DNA of 64,000 bases, taken from assembly GCF_009914755.1 (NCBI RefSeq), contig NC_060947.1, one strand, 5' to 3'. The stretch is from the human T2T-CHM13v2.0 reference genome, Homo sapiens. A model generated the notes under the pieces. It was not told the origin of the DNA and made no database searches. It saw only the letters and a program-made list of their open reading frames with translations. Position numbers and translations under genes: made by a program. Positions 1 through 24,078 of this stretch are shown piece after piece; positions within the stretch are counted from its first letter, which is position 1, and every line of letters begins with the position of its first letter.

Positions 1-230
1 GGCTGGGCAAATGGGTGCAAGGTGGCCCAGCTTTTGGAAGTGGGATGTGGTTGCTGTCAGTTGCAGCGGCCCTCAGCAGACTGCTGTCACGCTCTTGGAT
101 TGTTTTTTGTTGTTGAATTGTAAGAGTTCCTCATATATTTTGAATACAAGTCCTTTATCAGGTGTATGATTAGCAAATATCTTCTTCCATCTTGTGATGT
201 GTATTTGTCTCTTCATTTCTTGGTGGTGTC

Positions 231-626
231 TGTGTTAGGCCATTCTTGCATTGCTCTAAAGGAATACCTGAGCCTGCGTAATTTATAAAGAAAAGTGGTT
301 TAATTGGCTCATAGTTCTGCAGGCTGTACAAGCATAGCATCAGCATCTGTTTGGCTTCTGACAAGGGCTCAGGGAGCTTTTACTGTTGGCAGAAGGTGAA
401 GCAGGAGCAAGCACATCACATGGCAAGAGCAGGAGGGGTGGGGGGAGGTGACACACAGTTTTAAACAACCAGATCTCACAAGAACTCACTCACTATTATG
501 AGGACAGCACCCAGTCATGAGGGATTTGCCCCCATGACCCAAACACCTCCCACCGGCCCCACCTCCAACACTGGGGATTTCATTTCAATATGAGATTTGG
601 TGGGGGCAAATATCCAAACCATATCA
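231..626 (-). mobile_element. MSTA-type MaLR solo LTR
   Basis: TG...CA ends (tgtgttaggccattcttgcattgc ... tatccaaaccatatca); perfect 5-bp TSD GTGTC at 226-230 and 627-631. Confidence 0.92.
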
Positions 627-663
627 GTGTCCTTTGAAACACAAAAGTTTTTAATCATGATGA

Positions 664-987
<324 letters not shown>

Positions 988-1649
988 ATCATTGGTATTT
1001 TTTATATTGTGCCTAAGAAACCATGGGAGCCTAATCCAAAGTCACTATTTTCTTCTAACACCTTTATAGTTTTAGCTCTTACATTTAGGTCTCCAGTACA
1101 TTTTGAGTTAATTTATGAGTTGGTATGAGATGGCAGTCAAACTTCATTCTTTTGAATGTGGACATACAATTTTCCCAGCACCACTTGTTGAAAAGGCTAT
1201 TCTTATCCCACTGAATTGTCTTGACACTCTTGTTGAAAATCAATTGACCATGTATGCAATAGTTTATTTCTGTATTCTCAGTTATGTTCCATTGTTTTCA
1301 ATGTCTACCCTTATGCCAGCACTATAGTGTCTTGATTACAGTAGCTTTGTAGTAAATTTGAAATTGGGAAGAGTGAGTACAGTGAGCGTTCCAACTTTGT
1401 TCTTCTCATTTAAAAGTGTGTTGACTTTTCTAGATTCCTTTCAATTCAATATGAATTTTAGAATAAGTGTATCCATTTCTGCAAAAAAAAAAAAAAACTA
1501 GCTAGGTTATAAAATAGGGATTGGATTTGATCTATGGATCATTTGGGGGTCTCTTGCCCTCTTATCAATATGAAGCTTTCTGATACATTGACATGGGTTT
1601 TTTTTTATTTCTTCAGGTCTTCTTTATTTCTTTTAATGGTATTTTATAG

Positions 1650-1918
<269 letters not shown>

Positions 1919-3277
1919 TAATGCTATCTGTGAATAGAGAACATTTTACCTCTTTCATTCCAACCTGGATGTTTAAAAATATATTTTTCTTGCCTAATTT
2001 CCCTGGCTAGAATCTGCAGCACAATGTTTAATAGAAATAGTGAAAGGAGACATCTTTGTTTTATGCTTGATCTTGGTGGGAATGCTGTGGTTGTTTTGTA
2101 GATTCCCTTCATCCAGTATAAGAAAATTCCTTCCTATTCCTAGTTTGTGTAGTGTTTTATTATGAAAGCTTGTTGCATTATGCCAAGTGCTGTTTCTTTG
2201 TCCATTGAGATGAACACATTTTGTCTTTTATGATATTAATATAGTGTACATTGATTGACCTTTGAATGTTAAGACAACCTTGAGTTCCTGGGAAAAATCC
2301 TACTTGGTCATTATGTGTAATCCTTTTTATCAGTTGCTAGGTTTGCATTACTAGTATTTTGTTGAGCATTTTATAGTCTATATTTATTCGACTGTAGTTT
2401 TTTTTTTTCCTGAGATAGTTTTGGTTTTAATATCTAGGTAATACTGGCCTCATAATATGAGTTGGCAAATGTTCCCTACTCTCATATTTTGGAAGATATT
2501 GTGAAGAATTCATATTAGTTTTTCTTTAAATGTTTGGTAGAATTCACCAGTGAAGTCATCTGAGCCTGGGTTTGTCTTTGTGGGATTTTAAAAATTATTA
2601 GTTCAATCTCTTTATTTTTTACAGTCTATTCAGAATTTCTATTTCTTCTCATATCATTTTCAGTCATTGTCTTTTTATAAATTTGTCCACTTCATCTGGA
2701 TTGTCTAATTTATCAGCATGCAGTTGTTCATAGTATTCCCCTATAGCCCTTTTTATTTCTGAAAGGATGGTATTAAAATCCCTGCTATTGTTTCCCATTT
2801 TAGTAATTTGAGTCCTCTCTTTTTCTCTTGGCCAGCCTAGCTAATGGTTTGTCAATTCTATTGACATGTTTGAAGAACTATTTGTTTTAATTCTTGGTAT
2901 TGCTTTTCTATACTTTATTTGATTAATTATCAAATAAAGTATAGAACTGCTTTAACCTCTGTTGTTTCCCTCTTTCTCCTTGCTTTGGGTTTAGTTTGCT
3001 CTTCCTTTTCTAGTTTCCTATGGTGGAAGGATGGGGTATTGTTTGAAATATTTGTTCTTTTCTAATATAGGCATTTAGCTATAAACATTCCTCTGACTAT
3101 TGCTTTAGCTGCATCACATAATTTATTATGTGTTGTGTTTCTGTTTTCATTCATCTCAAAGTGTTTGATTATTTAGGAATGTGTTATTTAGTTTCCATAG
3201 ATTAGTGAATTTCCCAAATTTTCTTGTTTTATTGACTTTCAATTTATTTCTATTTTGAGCGACTATGTCTTATATTA

Positions 3278-3607
<330 letters not shown>

Positions 3608-4004
3608 AAATTTACTGAGTCTCATTTTATGACCTAACATATGATCTATTCTATAGAATGTTCCATATGCACTTGAGAGGAGTGTGTTGAGAAGAAGCTG
3701 TCATTGGGTGGAGTGTTCTAAATATGTCTGTTAGATCAGTTGATAGTGTTGTCCAAATCTTCTATATCTTTGTTGATATATCTGTCTAGTTGTTCTATCA
3801 AGCATCCAAAGTGGCATATTAAAGTCTCCAACAATTATTGTTGAATTGTTTATTTCTTCCCTCAGTTCTGTCCAGTGTTTCCTTCATGTAATTTGCGCTC
3901 TTTTGTTAGGTACATATAGATTTATACTTTTTATGTCTTCCTGATTGATTGACTCTTTTGTCATTATAAAACATCATTCTTTTAATCTAGAAATAATTTT
4001 TGTC

Positions 4005-4445
4005 ATTTTTTAAAACTTTTCTCTTAGATTCAGGGGTACATGTGCAAGTTTTTCATATAGGTAAACTCGTGTCATGCAGATATGTTGTAGAGATTATTTT
4101 GTCACCCAGGTATTAAGCCCAGTACCCAATAGTTACTTTTTCTGATCTTCTCCCTCCTCCCACCCCCAACCCTCAAGTAGGCCCCAGTGCCTGTTGTTCC
4201 CCTCTTTGCATCCATGAGTTCTTATCATTTAGCTCCCACTTATAAGTGAGAACATTTGGTATTTCATTTTCTGTTTGTGCATTAGTTTGCTAAGGATAAT
4301 GGCCTCCAGCTTCATCCATGTTCCCACAAAAGACATGATCTCATTCTTTTTATGGCTACGTAGTATTCCATGGTGTATATGTACAACATTTTCTTTATTA
4401 AATCTGTCATTGATGGACATTTAGGTTGGTTCCATGTCTTTGCTA
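4005..4445 (-). mobile_element. L1PA13-16-like 3' end (5'-truncated)
   Basis: ttcaggggtacatgtgcaag...gtcacccaggtattaagccc 3'UTR; ORF 4229-4420(-) is the ORF2 C-terminus; approximate TSD agaaataatttttgtc / agaataattttgtc. Confidence 0.88.
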
Positions 4446-4606
4446 AGAATAATTTTGTCTTAAAATCTATTTTGTCAATAATAGTATAGCCAGTCCAGCC
4501 CTCTCTTGGTTATTGTTTGCATGATATTTTTTCCTTCCCTTTATGTTCAACTGATTTGTTTCTTTAAAACTAATGATGTCTCTTGTAGACAATGTATAGT
4601 TGCTCA

Positions 4607-4935
4607 TTTTTTTTGTTTGTTTGTTTTTGTTTTTTGTTTTGTTTTGTTGTTGTTGAGATGGAGTCTTGCTCTGTCACCCAAGCTGGAGTGCGGTAGCACA
4701 ATCTCGGTCCACTGCAACCTCGTCTCCCGGGTTCAAAGGATTCTCCTGCCTCAGCTTCCCGAGTAGCTGGGATTACAGGCTCCCACCACCATACCGGACT
4801 CATTTTTGTATTTTTAGTAGAGATAGGGTTTCGCCATGTTGTCCAGACTGGTCTAGAACTCCTGACCTCAGATGATCTGCCTGCTTCGGCCTCCCAAAGT
4901 GCTGGGATTACAGGCGTGAGCCACCATGTCCTGCC
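4607..4935 (-). mobile_element. AluSx-like with (TTTG)n tail
   Basis: Full antisense Alu dimer. Confidence 0.95.
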
Positions 4936-6139
4936 ATCATGTTGTTTTTATCGATTCTGCCAATCCCTGCCTTTTGATTGGGGTGTTTAATTCATTGATA
5001 CTTAAAGCAATTACTAATAAGGTTGAAATTATACCTGCCATTTTGTTATTTCTTCTCTATGTGTCTTATCTCTTTTTTGTTCCTCTATTCCTCCATTACT
5101 GCCTACTTCTATGTTAATTAGATATTTTATAGTGTACCATTTTAATTTTCTTATTTCTTTTACTATGTATCTTTTGAGCTATTTTCTTAGTAGTCACCCT
5201 GGGGATTACAATTAAGATCTTAATGTAAAACAATCTAGTTTGGATTTGTACTAAATATCAATAGTCTGCAATAAACTTGTTCCCATATATCTCCATTCCC
5301 TCCCCTTCCTTTGTACTATTATTGTCATACAAATTTCATCTTTATACATTATAAGCTTATCAACAGTTTTGTTATTATTGCTTTATGCCAATGTCTTTTA
5401 AGTCAGATAGAAGAAGAAAAGCGTCACAAACAAAAACGGGCTTATACTGACTTTTATATACCTATGTAGTACATTTACCATGCTCTATTTCTGTGGATTT
5501 AAGTTATCATCTAGAGTCCTTTCATTTCAGACCATAGAACCTCCTTAGTGTTTCTTGCAGTGCAGGCCTGCTGACAATAAAATCTCTATTTATTTTAAAA
5601 ATATCTTGAAGTGCCTTAATTTCTTCTCCATTTTTGAAGAATAATTTTACTGGACATAGAAATCTTAACTGACAATATTTTTCTTTCAGCACTTTGAATA
5701 TGCCATCCCTCTACCTTGTGGCCTCCATAATTTCTAACAAAAAGTTAGCTATTAATCTTATTGCTGACACTTGTATGTGATGAATCATTTTTCTCTTACT
5801 GCTTTCAAGCTTTTCTCTTTGTCTGTGACTTTTATCAATTGACCACGATGTGTGTATGTGTGGATCACATTGCATTTATCCTAGTTGGAGTTTGTTCAGC
5901 TTCTCAATATGTAAATTCATGTTTTTCATCAAATTAGGGACTTTTGGCCAGTTTTTTTCTCCAAATATTCCTTCTGCCCCTTTATCTTTCTTTTCTCCTT
6001 CTGAAACTCTCATTATGCATCTGTTGGTACATTTGATGCTGTCCCACATGTCTCTGAAGCTCTGTTCATTTTTCTTCATTTTTTTCTTTTTATTCTTCAG
6101 ACTTGAAAATCTTAGTTCAAGTTCAGATTTGCTGATTTT

Positions 6140-9400
<3,261 letters not shown>

Positions 9401-9464
9401 GTGTGTCCGTGTATGTGTATATGAAAATATATATAACATTAAATTTACCATTTTAACCATTTTT

Positions 9465-9763
9465 ATATGTTTTTTGTATTTTATTTATTTATTTTTGAGA
9501 CAGGGTCTCACTGTGTTGCCCAGGCTGGAGTGCAGTGGCATATGATCGTGGCTCAGTGCAGCCTTGAACTTCTGGGCTCAAGGGATCCTCGCTGGGACTA
9601 CAGGTGCATGCCACCATGCCCAGCTAATTTTCTTCTACATTTTGATAGAGAAGATATCTTCCTATGTTGCCCATTCTGGTCTCGAACTCCTGGCCTCAAA
9701 CAATCCTCACTCCTTGGCCTCGCAAAGTGCTGGGATTACAGGTGTGAGCCACCATGTCCAGCC
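9465..9763 (-). mobile_element. AluJ
   Basis: gagacagggtctcactg, gcagccttgaacttctgggctcaag; TSD cattttaaccatttt / cattttaactatttt. Confidence 0.92.
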
Positions 9764-9786
9764 CATTTTAACTATTTTTCAGTGTA

Positions 9787-10158
9787 CAGTTGTATCTTAG
9801 TACCTGAAAAGGTTTGGTTCCAGGACCGTCCCCCATGGATACTGAAATCCATGGATGCTCAAGTCCCTTATATGAAATGACACAGTAGTTGTATATAACC
9901 TACACATCTTCCTGTAGACTTTAAATCATCTTTATATTACTTATAACATCTAATACAATATAAATATTATATAAATGTTATACTGTATTATTTTCATTCA
10001 TATTATTTTTATCATTGTATTATTATTTTTATTGCTTCTTTCCACATATTTTTGAATTGAGTTCCAAATCAAAATATTCCAAATCAATGTTTTTTCCAAA
10101 TATTTTCGATTTGGTTGAATCAGCAGATGCAGAACCTGTGGATACAGGGGGCCAACTG
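9787..10158 (+). mobile_element. MER2 (TcMar-Tigger non-autonomous DNA transposon)
   Basis: TA TSDs (9785-9786, 10159-10160), termini cagttg/caactg, ggatgctcaagtcccttatat core. Confidence 0.9.
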
Positions 10159-10842
10159 TACATATCATGGAATCAAGTGCATTCGCATTGTTGTGCAATC
10201 ATTACCATAATTCATCTCCGGTACCTTTTCATTTTCCAAAACTAAAACTCTATACCCTTTAAACAATAACTTCCAAGTCTCTCCTCCCTTCAGCCCTTAG
10301 CAATCATCATTCTAATATTTTGTCTCTATAAATTTGAGACTACTCTAGCTACTCTAGCTAGGTGTAAGTGGAATCATACAATATTTGTTCTTTTATATAT
10401 GGCTTATTTTTCACTTGGCATGATGTTTTCAAGGTTCATCCATACTATAGCATATGTCAGAACTTTCTTCCTTCTTAAGGCTGTGTAATATTCCACTGTA
10501 TGTCTATACCACATTTTGTTTATTGATTCATCCCATTGATAAACATTTGGGTTGTTTCCACCTTTTGGCTATCATGAATGATGCTACTATGAGTATGAGT
10601 GTACAAATATTTGTTCAACTTCCTGCTTTAAATTCTTTGGGGTATATACTCAAAAGTGGAATTGCTTGATCATTTGGTAATTCTATGATTGTTTTTTTCT
10701 GTCATACTGTGTTCCACAGCAGGTGTACCATTTTATATTCCCACTAGCAGTGCACAAGTGTTCCAATTTCTCCTTATCCTGGTCAACATCTGTTGTTTCC
10801 TGTTTTTGTTTTTATAAAGCCATCATAATGGGTATGAAGTAG

Positions 10843-11550
<708 letters not shown>

Positions 11551-12420
11551 CTTTGCTCATTTTTGAACTGGGTTGGTTGTTGTTGTTGTTGTTGAGTTTT
11601 AGGAGTTACTTATATATTCTGGATAGTAATTCGTTATTAAATACGTGACTTACAAATATTTTCACCCATTCCATAGAGTCACAAAATATTTTTCCCTTTC
11701 CTTTTTACTGAGTTAATAGTGTCCTGTAATGCAGAAAATTTCTAATTTTGGTGAAGTCCAACTTGTCTTTTTTTTTTCTTTTGCTGCTGCGCTTTTGGTG
11801 TCATATCCAAGAAATTATTTTTAAATCCAATGCATTGAAGATTTTTCCCTCTCCACACGTTCTCTTACATGAGTTTTATAGTTTTAGCTCTTATGTTTAG
11901 GCCTTTGATTCATTTTGAGTTAATTTTTGTATATGATGTTAGATAATGATCTAACTTTATTCTTTTGCATGTGGATATTTAGTTTTCTCAGAACCATTTG
12001 TTGAAAATACTGTACTTTCCCCATTGAATGGTTTCAGCACTCTTGTAAAAAATCATTTGACCATGTCTGTGAAGATTTACTTCTGAGCTCTATTCCATTG
12101 GTCTGTATGTCTGTCTTTATGCCAGTCTGTACTTCATGGTTTTGATTACTGTAGATTTGTAGTAAGTTTTACTATCAAAAAGTGTGAATTCTCCATCTTT
12201 TTTCTTCTTTTTCAAGAATGTTTTGGCTATTCAGGTCCCTTGAGATTCCATATGAATTTGAGGATGAGTTTTTCTGTTTCTGAAAAAAAAATAATGCTAT
12301 TTTGATAGGGATTGCATTAAATCTATGGATCTCTTTGGGTAGTACTATCATCTCAGTCTTCCAATCCATGACCACAGATATCCTTCAGTTTTCTATGTCT
12401 TCTTTAAATTCCTTCAGCAA

Positions 12421-13052
<632 letters not shown>

Positions 13053-13394
13053 AACATTTTATAGTTTTCAGTGTACAACCATTTTGCCTCCTTGGTTAAG
13101 TTTATTCCTAAGTATTTTACTCTTTTTGATGCTATTGTCAGTGTAATTGTTCTCTTAATTTTCTTTTCAGATTGTTCAATGTTAGTGTATAGACCCACAA
13201 CTTATTTTTGCATGTTGATTTTGTATTGTGGAACTTTGCTGAATTTGTTTATTAGTTCTAACAGTGTTTTATGGAATTTTTAGGGTTTTTCTATATATAA
13301 GACCATGTCATCTGTAAATGAAGATAATTTTACTTCTTCCTTTCCAAGTTGAATGGCATTTAATTATTTAGAGGTGGTTTCCTTCAGTTTAAAA

Positions 13395-13860
13395 AATATA
13401 TTTATATATTAATCTTGTATCCTGCAATGTTGCTATAATAGCTTGTTAATTCCAGGAGATTTTTTTGTTGATTCTTTAGGATTTTTGTCATAGACTATCA
13501 TATAATCTGTGAACAAAGACATTCTTATTTCTTCCTTCCCAATCTGTATACCTTTTATTTCTTTTTTTGTCTCACTGTATTAGCCAGGCCTGCTAGTATG
13601 ATGTTAAATAGAAGTGGTGAGATCAGACACCCTTTCCTTGTGTCTGATCTTAGCAGGAAACCACCTAGTTTTTCACCATTAGTTTTGATGTTAGCTGTAA
13701 GTCTTTTTTAGATGTTCCTTATCAAGAGATGTTTTTTAAAAAATCATGAACAGGTGTTGAATTTTTTCAAATAATTTTTCTGCATCTATTGGTATGATCA
13801 TGTCTTTTTTTCTTTCACTTGTTGATGTGATGAATTATATTAATTAATTTTCAATGTACA
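13395..13860 (-). mobile_element. Separate old L1M (MC/MD-like) ORF2 fragment
   Basis: Repeats the ADD-motif region (atcatataatctgtgaac) already present at ~13305 in the L1MB, so it is a different copy. Confidence 0.7.
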
Positions 13861-13869
13861 TATTTATAA

Positions 13870-15045
13870 TAGATGAGTTAAAGTCTTTGTTTAGTAAGTC
13901 CTAACTTTTGTGCCTCTTCAAGGACAGTTTCTATTGTATGTGGGACATAAGTTTGCTTCTCTGCCTGGCTCATAATTGTTTGTTGAAAACTGGACTTTTT
14001 AAATAATATAATGCCACAATTCTGGAAATCAGTTTCTCCCCACTTCCAGGGTTTGTTTCTGTTATTGTTTGTTTCAGTTGTTGTTGTTTGTTTAGTGATT
14101 TTTCCAACCAATTCTAAAAAGTGTATTCTCTGTCATAATTTGGCTACTGAAGGATATGTACCTTCATATCTCAAGCTCGGTTAGCTTACTGGTCAGCTAA
14201 TGATTGGAGAGAGACTTCCTTAAGTGCCTTGAACCAATAATTATCTGCCCTGTGATGAGGGGCGTGTGCATGTTGGGACATCTCTTCAATGATCCAGCAG
14301 TTTACAACTTTGCCTTAGCCTTCATTTTCTACTTTTACCAGCCTCAATGCCAGTCAGAGGTGAAACCTTAGGGCATTCTCAGGTATATCTGGAGCATGCA
14401 CACAATCCTGAACATGTGAGTGGCCTTCTAGAACCCTAGGAGTTTGTCAGAGCATGACAAATCCCCTTCTGAACATCTCATTCCTTAGATCCTCTTTTTA
14501 AGTTTTTGGCCAGATAGCCTCTTGTTTACCCCAATTGGTACAGCTGTTGTAATGTTAAATAATTGCCACTGATTTTTTTTTTTTAAATTCGCTTTGGATA
14601 GAATGTTTCCCACTGACTGAACTCTGAGCCAGGTCAAATAAAAGCAAATACTGTGAGTGGTCTTTTTCCAGGGAGCTGCTAGACAGGTCAAGTAGTAACA
14701 ATTATCTGGGAATTGAGCTCTTTGAGGATCTCCAAACCTTGTCTGCCCCATCTGATTGCTTTAAGGCTGCTGGTTCTCAAGACTACCATGGATCTGGAAA
14801 GAAAGAGATGGGGAATAGGTCAAGTCCAAACCCCACAAAACTCACTGTTCTTACCAAGAGTCAGCAGGTTTTTTAATAAAACTCCTTGGATTGTTGCAAA
14901 ATTTTGGTTAATTTCTGTTGCAAGCTTTTGGTTAATTTCCAGAGTTCTAGAAAAGTTGATTTTGATCATTTGTGCCAGAGTTCTCATTGTTTTCAAGGAG
15001 GAGCAGATTTTTAGAGGTTCTCACTCTACTGTTCAGACATCTTGC
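13870..15045 (-). mobile_element. Old L1M 5' region (ORF1 N-terminus and 5'UTR)
   Basis: ttagcttactggtcagctaatgattgg...; reverse complement of 14900-15045 resembles the L1 5' end at 42479-42630. Confidence 0.7.
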
Positions 15046-15210
15046 TCTGAGTGACTCTTGTAGGATAGGCAGACATCTATGAAAAAAGCAGGGGAAAAAT
15101 TCCAGACAGAAGAAACAGCATGTGCAAAGGATGGAGCTGTGAAAGATCATGGCTTATTTGGGATTGGCAAGTGACCCTGAATGACTAGATCCTAGGAAAG
15201 GTGGTGAGGA

Positions 15211-15797
15211 TGTATATTATTCGGGATTTATTTCTATTGCAAGTAACTAAAACTCGCTCAAGCAGGCTTGAGGGTTTGTGTAAAAAAGATATTAGTCAAC
15301 TCATGAAATTGATAAGGCTATGAGTAGATCTAGCTTTAGGCACAGCTGGATCTAGTGCCTCAAATGATCTTTAGGATTCAGCTTTTGTCTCTCCTCCCTG
15401 AGCTCTGCTTTTTTGTATATCGGTGTCATTCTTAGACAAATTATTCTCTTATGGTTGCAAGATGGTGGCCAACAGGTCCAATCTTACATCCTCAAAGCTC
15501 TAAATTCAATGGTAAAAGAAATATCTTATTCCCAACAACTCTGTCAAAAGTCCCAGGACTAGGTCTCACTGTATTACTTTCTAAATTAATCACTGTGGCC
15601 AGGGGAAACAGGACAAATTGATTGGCCAGGCCTGAATCATATGCTCTTTCCTTGAACCAGGGGTAAAGTCAGCTACTAACTGAACCACAGAGACTGAGCA
15701 GGGGAAAAGGGTAGTTTTTCAAGGAATATATAGATTATCTTACTAGGAAATGGATAATAAATATGAATCAGGCAAAAACAATAAACACACCCTCCAC
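15211..15797 (-). mobile_element. MLT1K-like MaLR LTR
   Basis: ttgcaagtaactaaaactc, gctttaggcacagctggatc, aatcactgtggccagggg, tgattggccaggcctgaatca; TG...CA ends. Confidence 0.75.
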
Positions 15798-15964
15798 AAA
15801 GAGTGGTAGAAGCTAGACTAAGAAGTGCCAGCTCTAGAGAGATTCTGCATCCCAGGATCACACTCCTGACCACTCAACAAACTGGTTAGAACACACTCTG
15901 TGCTGGGTACTGTAATACCAGCCCTCAATAAAGCTCCAGTCTAGTTTTAGACATTCTCTCTCTC

Positions 15965-16175
15965 TTTTTTTTTTTTTGAAAGGGAGTCTCACTCTGTCAC
16001 CAGGCTGGACTGCAGTGGCACAATCTCAGCTCACTGCAACCTCTGCCTCCCGGGCAAGCGATTCTCATGCCTCAGCCTCCCAAGTAGCTGGGATTACAGG
16101 CACATGCCACCATGCTAGGCTAATTTTTGTATTTTTAGTAAAGATGGGGTTTCACCATGTTGGCCAGGCTGGTCT
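15965..16175 (-). mobile_element. AluS, 5'-truncated
   Basis: Poly-T, right arm and partial left arm ending ggctggtct. Confidence 0.92.
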
Positions 16176-16204
16176 ACCTACAGTTTCTTTAATGAGACTT
16201 TTTT

Positions 16205-16326
16205 AGGTGATCCCCTTGTCCAAACCTTTCATTGCCCAGACTAGAAAATTGACACCCAGAGAGGGATGGGAACTTTACCACTGTCACACAGCAAATCAGT
16301 GGCAAAACTGGGACAAGAACCAGGTT
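16205..16326 (-). mobile_element. MIR fragment
   Basis: gaaaattgacacccagagaggg...gtcacacagcaaatcagtggcaaaactggga core. Confidence 0.7.
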
Positions 16327-17009
16327 GGCTTCTTTGTGCTACATACATATCCCACATCCATTCTTCAAGTTATCTTTCCAGTCCACCTCTGGGGAGCCTT
16401 CTCAGAGTACCCCTGTCCCTGCTGGTATCCCCAACAGAATGGCTAACTTCCACTGGGTTGACTCTAATGGAGTTAGTAAGTCAGTCTTTGGGCTCACTGT
16501 TGGATTTTTTCCCCTGTTGCTTCACCCTTTGTCCAGCCCCAACATGTAGGCTTCCTGTCCCTATACTATCGGGTCTCTTGTTCCACCTTCTCTGGATAAC
16601 CACTAAGAAGCTTTTGAAAGTAGCCACTTTTCCATGGGATATTCTGTGGGCAGCTCACAGAGGTAGCACTCAGATACAGGTAGTGTGAGCCAAGGGAAGT
16701 TGATAACACCCCACTCTAAGAGCATGGAAATCAGGGGGACTGTAACCCTTTCCACTCCTCTAACCGAGGAAGAGGAGAGAGGTGCAGAAAAGGTCACAAA
16801 AACACCTTGGGAGTTATCTAAGTAACCTGAGTCTGTCTGCTTCAGAAACTGGATCTCTCAGTCCCATCCACCAGTGAGGTCATCTGCACCCTTTCCTGGC
16901 TGTCTCCCCTGACCCACAAAACCATGGCAATTCCCCCTTTCTGGAAGCTTCCCTGCTGGTTTCTCTCACTGGGGCTCACTGCAGCCTCACTGCCCCACCA
17001 TCACCTCAT

Positions 17010-17971
<962 letters not shown>

Positions 17972-18009
17972 AGTTCTGAATAATCAGAATTTTGGACAGT
18001 TTTTGAATC

Positions 18010-18151
18010 ATGCAAAATCAGAGCTAAGAAGTTACTTAGACCACTTTGTCTAACTGCCCAGTTTCATTTGACAGGTGAGGAGACTGAGACTCAGAGAAGG
18101 AAACAGACTTGCCCACAGTGACAGAGGGAGTTAGTTTAGTCAGAAATCAGT
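18010..18151 (-). mobile_element. MIR split by the L1PA insertion (remainder ~24326-24345)
   Basis: catttgacaggtgaggagactgagactcagagaagg...acttgcccacagtgacag. Confidence 0.75.
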
Positions 18152-18154
18152 TTA

Positions 18155-19182
18155 GGGGATGGTTCCAAGATGGCCGAATAGGAACAGCTCCAGTCTACAG
18201 CTCCCAGCGTGAGCAATGCAGAAGACGGGTAATTTCTGCATTTCCAATTGAGGTACCGGGTTCATCTCACCGGGGCTTGTCAGACAGTGGGTGCATGATA
18301 GTGGGTGCAGCCCAACGAGCATGAGCCAGAGCAGGGTGAAGCATTGCCTCACCCAGGAAGTGCAAGGGGTCAGGGAATTCCCTTTCCTAGCCAAGGGAAG
18401 CTGTGACAGAGGGCACCTGGAAAATCGGGTCACTCCCACCCTAATACTGAGCTTTTCCAATGGTCTTAGCAAATGGCACACCAGGAGATTATATCCCGCG
18501 CCTGGCTCAGAGGGTCACATGCCCACAGAGCCTCACTCTTTGCTAGCACAGTAGTCTGAGCGCAAACTGCAAGGCAGCAGTGAGGCTTGGGGAGGGGTGC
18601 CCGCCATTGCTGAGGCTTAAGTAAGTAAACAAAGCCACTGGGAAGCTCGAACTGGGTGGAGCCCACGGCAGCTCAGGGAGGCCTGCCTGCCTCGGTAGAC
18701 TGCACCTCTGGGGGCAGGGCAGAGCTGAACAAAAGGCAGCAGAAGCCTCTGCAAACTTAAATGACCCTGTCTGACAGCTTTGAAGAGAGTAGTGGTTCTC
18801 CCAGCATGGAGTTTGAGACCTGAGAATGGACAGACTGCCTCCTCAAGTGGGTCCCTGACCCCCAAGTAGCCTAACTGGGAGGCACCCCCCAGGAGGGGCA
18901 GACTGACACCTCACATGGCCGCGTACCCCTCTGAGACGAAGCTTCCAGAGGAAAGATCATGCAGCAACATTTGCTGTTCAGCAATATTCGCTGTTCTGCA
19001 GCCTCCGCTGCGGATACCCAGGCAAACAGGGTCTGGAATGGACCTCCAGCAAACTCCAACAGACCTGCAGCTGAAGGTCCTGACTGTTAGAAGGAAAATT
19101 AACAAACAGAAAGGACATCCACACCAAAACCCCATCTGTACATCACCATCATCAAAGACCAAAGGTATATAAAACCACAAAG
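18155..19182 (+). promoter_or_regulatory. L1 5'UTR (internal sense promoter with YY1 site; antisense promoter region), CpG-decayed
   Basis: caagatggccg YY1 motif near the 5' end; ~1.03-kb UTR. Confidence 0.8.
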
Positions 19183-20198
19183 TTGGGGAAAAAACAGAGC
19201 AGAAAAGTTGAAAATTCTAAAAATCAGGGCGGCTCTCCCCCTACAAAGAAACACAGCTCCTTGCCAGCAATGAAACAAAGCTGGATGGAGAATGACTTTG
19301 ACGAGTTGAGAGAAGAAGGCTTCAGATGATAAAACTTCTCCAAGCTAAAGGAGGAAGTTCGAACCCATCGCAAAGAAGTTAAAACCTTGAAAAAAGATTA
19401 GACGAAAGGCTAACTAGAATAACCAGTGTAGAGAAGTACTTAAATGACCTGATGGAGCTGAAAACCATGGAACGAGAACTACGTGACGAATGCACAAGCT
19501 TCAGTAGCCAATTCGATCAACTGGAAGAAAGGGTATCCATGATCAAAGATCAAATGAATGAAATGAAGCAAGAAGAGAAGTTTAGAGAAAAATGAGTAAA
19601 AAGAAATGAACAAAGCCTCCAAGAAATATGGGACTATGTGAAAAGACCAAATCTATGTCTGATTGGTGTACCTGAAAGTGATGGGGAGAATGGAACCAAG
19701 TTGGAAAACACTCTGCAGGATATTATCCAGGAGAACTTTCAGAACCTAGCAAGGCAGACCAACATTCAAATTCAAGAAATACAGAGAATGCCACAAAGAT
19801 ACTCCTTGAGAAGAGCAACTCCAAGACACATAATTGTCAGATTCACCAAAGTTGAAATGAAGGAAAAAATCTTAAGGGCAGCCAGAAACAAAGGTCAGGT
19901 TACCTACAAAGAGAAGCCCATCAGACTAACAGCGGATCTCTTGGCAGAAATGCTACAAGCCAGCAGAGTGTGGGGGCCAATATTCAACATTCTTAAAGAA
20001 AAGAATTTTCAATGCAGAATTTCATATCCAGCCAAACTAAGCTTCATAAATGAAGGAGAAATAAAATCCTTTACAGACAAGCAAATGCTGAGAGATTTTG
20101 TCACCACCAGGCCTGCCCTAAAAGAGCTCCTGAAGGAAGCACTAAACATGGAAAGGAATAACCGGTACCAGCCACTGAAAAAACATGCCAAATTGTAA
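19183..20198 (+). pseudogene. LINE-1 ORF1p, disabled
   Basis: Start codon ATG>TTG at 19183, early stop near 19327; remnant ORF 19638-20198 KRPNL...YPAKLSF...HAKL. Confidence 0.93.
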
Positions 20199-20261
20199 AG
20201 ACCATTGATACTAGGAAGAAACCGCATCAACTAATGAGCAAAATAACCAGCTAACATCATA

Positions 20262-24078
<3,817 letters not shown>

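Noticed and set aside
14892-14939. 24-bp tandem duplication tgttgcaa..ttttggttaatttc
   Set aside because: Real, but only two units inside an old L1 5' region; not an array
18533-18607. Antisense L1 ORF0
   Set aside because: Start codon is retained but the frame reads MAGTPPQASLLPCSLRSDYCASKE then stops after 24 codons
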